34,169 nt of DNA from contig NC_068981.1 in NCBI RefSeq assembly GCF_001194135.2, positions 28,289,573-28,323,741 on the forward strand, written 5' to 3'. Below are positions 23,905 through 34,169 of the stretch, piece after piece. Below the pieces are notes generated by a model. It worked only from the letters and a program-made list of their open reading frames with translations, had not been told where the DNA came from and did not search any database. Position 1 is the first letter of the stretch. Each line of letters opens with the position of its first letter. The position numbers were made by a program, and so were the translations under genes. Origin of the DNA: Octopus bimaculoides (Eukaryota).

Positions 23905-23934
23905 GTGGTGGTAGTGGTGGTGGTGGTGGTGGTG
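23698..23934. repeat. Mosaic trinucleotide array (ATG/ACG/GTG)
   Basis: Directly visible. Confidence 0.92.
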
Positions 23935-25089
23935 ATTTGAGTGTAATTTCCAGCATTGCGAACGACTGTACAGTGAAGGGTTGAATGTTGAGATAGATTT
24001 GCTTATTTATTCCTAGCAGCTCGAATGATGGTTTCTCATGTTTTTTTGACTTTGGGGATTTAGTTGCTATTTCTCATAATTTGTGCAGCAACAGGAATAT
24101 ACTCCTATTGGTTAATCGTTGATATTATCGCTAATATTGTAGTTGTTTAGCTCTACAACAGCCCGGATCGAACTGACTGATGGTCAAAAGCCTTGTTCTC
24201 GATAGTGCTATGTTGTTAATATTGTTTTTAATTAAGTTGTTAATTTAAGGTCAGTGTAGATCAGGTTTTATTATCATCGTACATCGTACATATACAATGC
24301 AACTGTGTTTCAAATGTGTTGAGGGAATAGTAACGAAACCGTGTGGACAAGAAGTGTTTTGATTGTATAACTTCTTGTTCGTGTCATGTTTTAAGACTAC
24401 CACGACTCAAAATTGATTTCTACGTTTGGTTCTCGCATGGTGCGCCCTGAGAGGCTGATGAGGAATATCTGAACCAAAAGTCTTTTCCTAAATGTAAGAA
24501 AGATGCGTTTCTTAGGCTATTGATTACTCTAGCCTCGCTGAATGAATATAGGATTTCTTCTCTTATCAGCTGGTTGAGCAACGTTGTGAATTGGACTGTG
24601 CAAGGCTTTCGACTTTGGCAAGCTACTTCCTAGGGCAGGCCACTGTGTTGAAAACTTACAGAAGTATTTTGAGGCCATGCATGAAGCTGTCCTCCCCTTG
24701 CACATTTCCTGATTAAGTTCGACCTCTGGCTCTGGCATACGTCTGATACAACCAACTTATCTCCCCTAAACCTTCTGCAAGTGAGTGTACCAATTTCAGG
24801 ATTGGGATATTAGTTTGTTGAAGTACCTCAGTACAAGGGATTTTATTATTCCTTGGGAGGTGCAATATGAATTGCAAAACTTATATAACCTAACTATATT
24901 TGAGGTACTGTTTAATTTCAAGGAGGATATTATACCCTGTAATTTTAGTATTTTACTACCCACCACCCATTTTCCAACATCTATTTCACATCTTTTCGTT
25001 TCATCTGTATACTCTTGTGGAGCAGCAGAATCAGAAAAGCGCATGAATAAAATACCTTATGGAATTTAGTCGTGTTCCTTCTCGTTCTG

Positions 25090-25772
25090 CGGGTAAAATT
25101 CACTAGTCTCATGGCTTCGGATTCGATAAAACAAAGTACTACCGAGGAATCGATATAAATGAGACTTCACCTTACCACACGGTTTGTGGCCTGGTACTTA
25201 TATGGATGTTGGCAGTGGATTAGCAGATTCAATAAAGCGTCGGCCAAAATGCTCTTTACATTTAGAGTTCAAACCAAAGCTTCACCTCTACAAAGTTCAA
25301 GTAAAAGCCGCCACGGAGTTCTATTAGATCCACATCTAGGAACAGTGCGGTTGCTACTCACAGTGACATCCAGAACAACATCAAGAGAATGGCAGTCAGT
25401 TGAATGATTGGCATGCAATCGTCCCAAAATGCACGCGACCCTCTGATCCACTGATATACTGCTTCTCTCTGCCCTTATTTGACGCTACGACATTGGTCCT
25501 GCTCCATGGTGCTGGCTGATCCCCTTCTAAGTCTATTCAAGCATTTTCGACTCATACACCTCTCCGCTTTTCATCATTCATAATGCGTCGACCCTCCACC
25601 GCCCAGGAAAGCACCTCATCAACTCCCCCTAAACTACTCCCTGCACATGTCATTCCTGCAATGGTCGACTTGCAACAGTTTAAGCAGAACGTTAACGGTA
25701 TCACTCTCACCGGTCTCAGAGGGCTTGTGAAAGCCATGGGCACATCTCCTTTCTCTAGATCTAACTAATAAC
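25090..25772 (+). mobile_element. 3' remnant of a CR1-type non-LTR retrotransposon (ORF2 C-terminus)
   Basis: Ordered, frameshifted motifs: LYKVQVKAATEF (from 25286; LYKAQVRP.MEY), QNNIKRMAVS*MIG (DRIQRRA.RLIG), ASLC..F*RYDIG.CSMVLAD (ASLSLFYRYY.G.CS.ELA) and LPAHVIPAMVDLQQFKQNV (WN.LP..V.P...L..FK). It ends in a short TAA-containing tail. Confidence 0.72.
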
Positions 25773-26039
25773 AGAAAACATTAAAAAAAAAAAACATACC
25801 GACACAAACATGATCCCTCACTTCGTACACAACCACATTGTAATCTAATGCACTCTCACAGCCCTCCACAAGAGATATGCCTCTGCACATCTGTTAGCTA
25901 TCAAACTTAATATTTTTACACATAGGCAGATAGAAGCAGACATATATTCACATACATGCACTCATACGCAAATGCAGACAACACACATACTTTCTGAGAT
26001 CTGAATACAACTTTTGAAGGAACACCAAAGATATATATG

Positions 26040-26095
26040 TGTGTATTGTGTGCGTGTGTGTATTGTGTGCGTGTGTGTATTGTGTGCGTGTGTGT
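26040..26095. repeat. 17-bp minisatellite attgtgtgcgtgtgtgt, 3 copies
   Basis: Unit starts at 26045, 26062 and 26079. Confidence 0.85.
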
Positions 26096-26300
26096 ACGTA
26101 CGTATGTATGTATGTACGTACGTAAGTATGTATATATGTTTAAAACAATATGAAGAAAATAACACCAGAAATAATCATAAACAAAAATAAATAACATCAC
26201 CGCTAAAATTTACGTAAAAATGAAAATATTTTTTTGCAGTGAAACACGAGTCAAATACAAACACACTCACACACACACGTAACTATTTATGTGTGTATAC

Positions 26301-26925
<625 letters not shown>

Positions 26926-27816
26926 TCCCTCCATCTGCCTAACTTTGATTTTGACTCTCACATTCGTACATTGAGACAAAACAATATGCTATTAAAAACA
27001 CATATACGTATATTTGTGTATGCATAAATGTGAGCATGAAGTAGTCTAAACTAAACAGTTCAGAAATGATTGGGATACAGATAGATGCACACATACATAC
27101 ATACATATATCTGGGTGCGAGTGTGTGTGTGTGTGTACACGAAGAAAACAAAAGGAGAAAATAAAAACTACAGCAACAACTGCCATAGCAAGCAAAACAA
27201 ATCAACATGGCGTTGTTTGGCATCTATCTCAGAAGCCAATATCTATTAAACTTCACTAAACAGAAGAAAACACCATTATAATACAGCGAGTGAATAAACG
27301 TACACCGTTCGAGAAAAGAAATTTAAGGGAAAAAAATACATGGATTCTACGCAATATAACACGTGCATCCGGTCAAAACTTACTCAACACGTGTTTGAAA
27401 CAATGAAATGCATACACAGAAGAAGAAAATCAAAATAAACGTAGACAAAAACTACAAGTTGGTGGAAAGAGAATAAAAGTAGATTTTTTTTTTTTAATTT
27501 CCTTTTTTATTTTCAATTTTTTATTCATTTGTTAATTATATTTAAATTTTCTTTTGATATATTTATAGTCTAACTGTGGTTACATTTTGTGTATTTTTCC
27601 CTCGCTTTTTTGGTTTTAATCTAGCATCTGTTTTGTGGTATCAAGATTGATGGTTCTTTCTCTTGTGTGATAGATCTCGCCAACTTTCTTGTCACTGTAG
27701 ATCTAAGTAATTAACCGGTAAGATATGAAGTTAGGAAATATTATATCATTCTGGCGGGCGGACAGACGGATGGGTATATGTTTGTTTGAATCAATGTACA
27801 TATATATATATATATA

Positions 27817-28168
27817 NNNNNNNNNNNNNNNNNNNNNNNNNNNNNNNNNNNNNNNNNNNNNNNNNNNNNNNNNNNNNNNNNNNNNNNNNNNNNNNNNNNN
27901 NNNNNNNNNNNNNNNNNNNNNNNNNNNNNNNNNNNNNNNNNNNNNNNNNNNNNNNNNNNNNNNNNNNNNNNNNNNNNNNNNNNNNNNNNNNNNNNNNNNN
28001 NNNNNNNNNNNNNNNNNNNNNNNNNNNNNNNNNNNNNNNNNNNNNNNNNNNNNNNNNNNNNNNNNNNNNNNNNNNNNNNNNNNNNNNNNNNNNNNNNNNN
28101 NNNNNNNNNNNNNNNNNNNNNNNNNNNNNNNNNNNNNNNNNNNNNNNNNNNNNNNNNNNNNNNNNNNN
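27817..28168. other. Assembly gap
   Basis: N-run flanked by (AT)n. Confidence 0.99.
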
Positions 28169-28883
28169 ATATATATATATATATATATATACAAACACAC
28201 ACATGTCATTGAATGCATTTGGGAATTTCACTGATAATTTATATATGTGTTTATGAATGCACACACATATACTCACTCACAGATATTGTTTCTCCTGTTA
28301 CTTTGTCTTCCCATCCCATATATGTGTCTGTCAAAACAGTGTGAGATCCAATTTAAACATACATTATCTGGAGTTCTAAATTTTTTTTATTTTTCTTTTA
28401 CTTCAATTTTTATTTAGTTTACGTTTTTACTTATCACAGTCCCTTGAAATATGACAATTCTAAATTTAAAATACTCGTAAACAAGAACAGCATATTTCTA
28501 CCAATACACTGATTCATATATATTCAGTTAGTGTGTGTGTTTAACACACAAGCATACACACACTCACACATACTATGCTTATGCGTGTATGCTACTGTGT
28601 GTATGCTACTGTGTGTGTGTATGTGTATATGTGTGTGTGTCTTTCTGTCCGTGTGTCTGTGTGCAGACATACAAGCATGAAAAACTTAACTATTTCGCCG
28701 TAAATTGGACAGCATTAATCGGTTCTCATCAGTGGTCTGAAACATCATTTGACTAATCCCAAAGAAGCAAATCGAATCCAGTAGCTCCAGAGCACTGGAG
28801 CTACTAATTTGCATAATATAAATGTTTAACACTGTTTATCTAATATATAAATAGTATTATATATACACACACACACACACACA

Positions 28884-29555
28884 NNNNNNNNNNNNNNNNN
28901 NNNNNNNNNNNNNNNNNNNNNNNNNNNNNNNNNNNNNNNNNNNNNNNNNNNNNNNNNNNNNNNNNNNNNNNNNNNNNNNNNNNNNNNNNNNNNNNNNNNN
29001 NNNNNNNNNNNNNNNNNNNNNNNNNNNNNNNNNNNNNNNNNNNNNNNNNNNNNNNNNNNNNNNNNNNNNNNNNNNNNNNNNNNNNNNNNNNNNNNNNNNN
29101 NNNNNNNNNNNNNNNNNNNNNNNNNNNNNNNNNNNNNNNNNNNNNNNNNNNNNNNNNNNNNNNNNNNNNNNNNNNNNNNNNNNNNNNNNNNNNNNNNNNN
29201 NNNNNNNNNNNNNNNNNNNNNNNNNNNNNNNNNNNNNNNNNNNNNNNNNNNNNNNNNNNNNNNNNNNNNNNNNNNNNNNNNNNNNNNNNNNNNNNNNNNN
29301 NNNNNNNNNNNNNNNNNNNNNNNNNNNNNNNNNNNNNNNNNNNNNNNNNNNNNNNNNNNNNNNNNNNNNNNNNNNNNNNNNNNNNNNNNNNNNNNNNNNN
29401 NNNNNNNNNNNNNNNNNNNNNNNNNNNNNNNNNNNNNNNNNNNNNNNNNNNNNNNNNNNNNNNNNNNNNNNNNNNNNNNNNNNNNNNNNNNNNNNNNNNN
29501 NNNNNNNNNNNNNNNNNNNNNNNNNNNNNNNNNNNNNNNNNNNNNNNNNNNNNNN
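28884..29555. other. Assembly gap
   Basis: N-run flanked by (CA)n. Confidence 0.99.
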
Positions 29556-30069
29556 ATACACACACATGCGCGCTCACACACACTGAAACACACACACGCA
29601 CATACACATACATTTGTAAATATACAATTATATTCCAATCTGGTGAAAGCAGTCTTGTACGTTTGCTAAAAATTTCATTCTTGGCAAGCAGTATCAATTA
29701 TTCGCCCATCATTGTACTTAATGTGATATAAAAGGCAGTAAAAAAAAAATTCATGTTTCATGGATAGTAAGACAGCATTTACTTCTAAAGACCAAGACCC
29801 GTAGAAAAACATAAAACCTGTGCATAAACAAACTCAAAGAGATGTATGTATGTATGTATGTATGTATGTATGTATGTATGTATGTATGTATGTATGTATG
29901 TGTGCATCTATGTACGTCCATTATTCAGTTTTATTTCAAAGTTTCTTTCCAATAGAGAAAGAGCCGGTTTCGAACTTAAATCCAATGCCTACGTATTTAC
30001 GATATTATAACGAAACAGCGTACAGCTGATTTATACATGGCTTCTAAACTAATGAATGAATATACATAC

Positions 30070-30293
30070 TTATTTCTTTATTGCTCACGGGGGTACTAAA
30101 TATAGAGGGGACAAACAAGGACAGACACAAGGATTATGTCGATTACATCGATTCCAGTGCATAACTGGTACTTATTTAATCGACCCCGAATGGATGAAAG
30201 GCAAAGTCGACCTCGGCGGAATTTGAACTCGGCAGACGAAATACCGGTAAGCATATTGCCCGGCGTTCTAACGTTTCTGCCAGCTCTCCGCCC
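30070..30293 (-). mobile_element. tRNA-derived SINE (family A), well preserved, alternative 3' end
   Basis: B-box complement ggaatttgaactc at 30218-30230. The core is nearly identical to 7780-7944 apart from a deletion of about 11 nt after the B-box. The 3' part (tttattgctcacggggg...ggacaaacaaggacagac) differs from the 7715 copy. Confidence 0.9.
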
Positions 30294-30321
30294 TTGAATG
30301 ACTATACATATNNNNNNNNNN

Positions 30322-30387
<66 letters not shown>

Positions 30388-30566
30388 GCGTGTGTGTGGG
30401 GGGATATGTGTGTGCCTGTGTGTAATATCTAAAATATTCATGCATCAGATTTTTCATTTCGGAATGAGTTCATCTTTTAATGTAATTTACAATACATTTC
30501 TTTAATTTTTTTTCTTTGTTTGTCATCATCTTCATCATCATCACTTTCGTCTTCATCATCATCGTC

Positions 30567-30661
<95 letters not shown>

Positions 30662-30826
30662 CATTATATAATATTACAAATTATATTACCCACAAATGTG
30701 GTTGATTATTATTATAACATCTACGATGATGTGACAACGATGATGTTGATGGTGATCGCCACCACCACCACCGCCGCCATCTCACCAAGAACGACATCAA
30801 CAACAGAACTGACAATAATAATGATT

Positions 30827-30859
<33 letters not shown>

Positions 30860-30917
30860 AATAATGATAATAATAATAATAATAACAACAACAACAACGA
30901 CGACGACGACGACGACG

Positions 30918-30987
<70 letters not shown>

Positions 30988-31001
30988 TAATAATAATAAT
31001 A
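30322..31001. repeat. (GT)n, (TCA)n/(TTA)n and (ACA)/(ATA)/(ACG) microsatellite arrays
   Basis: Directly visible. Confidence 0.92.
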
Positions 31002-31511
31002 TTCGCATATTTTTTTTAGCGCACAATTCCACACGAGAAGGGAAATGTGTTTTCTCTCCCTTTCACTTTCATATGATAATTCGTAATGAAGTTGTCAAAG
31101 TTATTAGAACGCACGAACGATTTTTTGTTTGAATATGATGCATATATGCATATATGCATCGTATGTTACCATGATTTCACTTTCACTATGGTGGTGTTGC
31201 CGCAACCTTGATACACGCGTATCAAAAAAATCTATGTGATAACATCACTACCACAGACATAGCGAAACTACTTCTGAACTATAACCCCCCCCCTACTATA
31301 CCAACGTTATACTCCCACCAATACAACAAAATAACAACAGCAATAAATCCGCCACACAGCACCATCACCTGCACCACCACCACTGCTGCGACCACCACTG
31401 CTACCACCACCACTGCCGCCTCCTCCATCACCACCACAAAATGTTCCTCCTGTACTCGAAATATAAAGTACGAAGATTTCGCAATAGTGATAGCAATAAC
31501 GAAATTATTGT

Positions 31512-31542
<31 letters not shown>

Positions 31543-31709
31543 GTATGAATGTATATATACGTGTGTGTGTATGCATGTATGTATATATATATATATATGT
31601 GTATGTATATATATACATATACAAGTGTGTGTGTGTGTGTGCGCGCGCGCGTGTGTGTATGTGTGTGTGTGCGTGCGTGTATGTTCATGCACTTAAGTAC
31701 TTATACTTA

Positions 31710-31876
31710 TACGATAGACTTCCTCATTGCTTCAATCAACAAAGCTTCCTTCACAAGTCTTTGATGGACGTGAGGTTGTGAACGAAGACATCTTGTGAAA
31801 ATGTCGCGGCATAGGATCGAACCAGGTAGACACATGTTTATGAAATGAATTTTTAATCACGCAATCATATACGCGC
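31710..31876 (-). mobile_element. Degraded 5' half of SINE (family B)
   Basis: tcacaagtctttgatggacgtgaggttgtgaacgaagaca...ggatcgaacc resembles the head and body of family B. It abuts the (TG)n tract at 31545-31690 expected in the middle of this family. Confidence 0.55.
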
Positions 31877-32304
31877 TTATACGCTCAGATTTCTGAAGTG
31901 GTTTTACAGTGATGTTCAGAAAGTTAATCTTTTACATCATGTATCGAATTTTATTGCATATTTAGATATTGCCTAAACCATCGAAGTCTTCAACGTTTTA
32001 ACTCAGTGATTGTTTTCTGGATTAGATTTTTCTATCGTTGATCATAGAATTCAGGATATATTTATTGTTCAGGAAGAAATATTACGATGATTTATCTATC
32101 ATTCCTCAAATAGGACATAGAAAACAAAATTACAAATGGGTTGAAACATGCCCAATTAAAAAAAAAAGAAGAAAAAAAACATGTCTGAAGCCGTCGAGGT
32201 TTCCTTATGCAAGCTTGGCCTGACCTAGATACATCATGTGTATCTAGGCTTGTTCCATCAGAATTAACGAGAGCTTAAATAAGAACAAAGTCGAAAAATC
32301 ATAT

Positions 32305-32305
<1 letters not shown>

Positions 32306-32381
<76 letters not shown>
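32306..32381. repeat. (TAA)n microsatellite, about 25 units
   Basis: Directly visible. Confidence 0.97.
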
Positions 32382-32382
<1 letters not shown>

Positions 32383-32414
32383 TTGTTGTCGCTGTTGTTT
32401 TCAACAACACCCCT

Positions 32415-32888
32415 AGACAATATAACTCCATGCCTGGAGAAAAGAAATTAGCCAGTAAAAGGCTAACCATACTATTGAAGGAAGAAGACCAGATATAATT
32501 ACTGAGGACGAATTCACAGTGTAAGATCATTCACTGTGAAAATCCCTATGATGGCAATGTCAATAACAAAGATATTGAAAAGACAGTTGGGAAATATCAA
32601 GATTTAGCCAGAGAGATGAGAAGGCTTCGGAAGACCAAAATAGCCATTATTCCTGCAGTAATTGGTTTATTTGGCATAACACCCAAAATGCAACCTAAAA
32701 GTTTGAAAAACATTGGAATTGTAACTCTCACTGTCGACTCGCAGAAAAGTAGCAGCTTATATTCTGCAAGAACCCTAAAAAAAGGTTCCTAAGATTTGAG
32801 GAGACATGCTGACACCAAGCCTCAAGATAAAACACCTGGTAACTAAATTAGCATGCACGAGCGAAATATTAGCAATAATAATAATAAT
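32415..32888 (+). mobile_element. 5'-truncated R4/Dong-type non-LTR retrotransposon (restriction-like endonuclease domain, 3' UTR, (AAT)n tail)
   Basis: From 32465: NHTIEGRRPDIITEDE, then after a frameshift CKIIHCENPYDGNVNNKDIEKTVGKYQDLAREMRRLRKTKIAIIPAVIGLFG...QKSSSLYSARTLKK. This is the RPD...P.D...K...KY.DL signature of PD-(D/E)xK RLE domains. (AAT)5 at 32874-32888. Confidence 0.82.
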
Positions 32889-32889
32889 C

Positions 32890-33095
32890 ACTTGTAAAAC
32901 ATTGTTTTAAATTTGAGATGTTGAGAGGACTAGTGGATTAAGTCAATTATATTTACTTGATCGGTACTTGTGTAATCATCACTTAGGGGGAACGAAATGG
33001 AAATGTGAAACCGGGGGGGAGTTGATCTCAGAAGGCAAAATACCAAAACAAACCTTACAAGTTACTTAGTCAGCTTCTTTGACGATTCTGCCAAT
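32890..33095 (-). mobile_element. Very degraded SINE (family A)
   Basis: Retains attaagtcaattat...ggtacttg...gttgatctcagaag...gacgattctgccaa in family A order and spacing. Confidence 0.5.
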
Positions 33096-33868
33096 ATGAT
33101 TTATTTTGAATAAATACTTATTTAAAATATGCAAAAATTGCTATACATATAATCCAACGTTTTATTTATTTATTTATTTATTTATTTATTGAGTTGTTAT
33201 ATATCGATGTTTATTCGAAAAAGGATAAATAATTCGAAAATATTGATCAAAGCTATAACGATTTGATTTCAAGAGTTGATCTGTTAATGTCTTTAGAACA
33301 TTATGTTGATATCTCAGAAGCAAATTCGTAACACAAACGTTTCATTCGTACTCAGATACACTCTCTTTCTCATTCTTTCTCATTCTTAACTTATCTCTCT
33401 TTAACTCATAAACAATGAAACTTGTGAACATGTTTCTCTTAAGGTAACCCGAAAGACACTTAATTGACACACATATGAACATTCACACACATTTACGTTT
33501 AAAGATCAGTACCTACATACATTCATTTGCATATACTAACGTGTATATCATTCTATCTAGCTATCTCTCACTTCCTCTCTTTTTCCCTACATACATATGC
33601 ACACATATTTATTTGTGCATGTGTGCGTATGTGTGTGTGTATGTGCATATGTATGTGTATGTGTGTGTATACACACAAATACATAAACATATAAGGCCAA
33701 TGTATGCGTGTGTGTTGTTTCTTTTAAATAAACGTATAGACATATATAACGATTGAAACATATATCTCTAAATACACACGTCTGCAAATGCTTCTATACT
33801 TACATACATTTGTACATATACGCATGTATAATGCGTACGAAACGCATCTGCATGCATGTGGGATTACG

Positions 33869-33870
<2 letters not shown>

Positions 33871-33920
<50 letters not shown>
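33871..33920. repeat. (CA)n microsatellite
   Basis: Directly visible. Confidence 0.95.
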
Positions 33921-33925
<5 letters not shown>

Positions 33926-34169
33926 TACAACATCTCTCTGAAATGCAACAAACATTTCCGGAATCTTACAGATATTTGCACGTATACATCGAAATACAAG
34001 TACACCTGAGACTGTATTTGCGCTTGTGTGTGCCTAGAACGAGAATAACAACAATTCCAGCAACAAATTTGCGTGCAGGCCATCTACAGTATAAGGGAAG
34101 TGTGTAAATATACACGATCTTCTTAACTAAAGATGATATCAGCAAACACGTGCCAATATGTAAGATCGA

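Noticed and set aside
27680-27775. Resemblance to DINE-1/Helentron-associated elements (…ggcgggcggacagacggatg)
   Set aside because: Only a short gacagacgga motif supports it. No subterminal inverted repeats or 3' hairpin were found.
28690-28745. CTGATGAG...CGAAA on the minus strand resembling a hammerhead core
   Set aside because: Stem II needs a bulge, and no NUH with compatible stems I and III is present.
33972-34007. 36-nt minus-strand micro-exon candidate (ctcag/GTGTAC...ATATCT/gtaaga), open in all frames
   Set aside because: The donor is good but the acceptor has almost no pyrimidine tract. It is too short to assess without RNA data.

Overview
AT-rich eukaryotic DNA from a gapped draft assembly. 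It has six large N-gaps and three 10-N gaps, nearly all abutting microsatellites. The recurring tRNA-derived SINE families and dense TA/TG/TATG/TCTA/TAA microsatellites look like an octopus (coleoid) genome. That taxonomic call is from recognition of repeat families and was not confirmed by a search. I found no intact, recognisable protein-coding gene. Almost every ORF in the supplied track is an artefact of microsatellites or N-runs. Supportable content: a near-full-length but dead mariner element (336-1542), an inverted pair of mariner 5' fragments (4626-5100), a Tc1/mariner-type MITE end with internal tandem amplification (19984-20210), 3' remnants of a CR1-type LINE (~25090-25772) and of an R4/Dong-type restriction-like-endonuclease LINE sitting between (TAA)n arrays (~32415-32888), about a dozen SINE copies or fragments, and weak Penelope-like and Tc1-like remnants. 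I see no evidence for a new multi-gene system. The points of interest are transposon architecture, recent tandem duplications, several hairpins and a few possible non-coding exons or regulatory motifs, all of modest interest.
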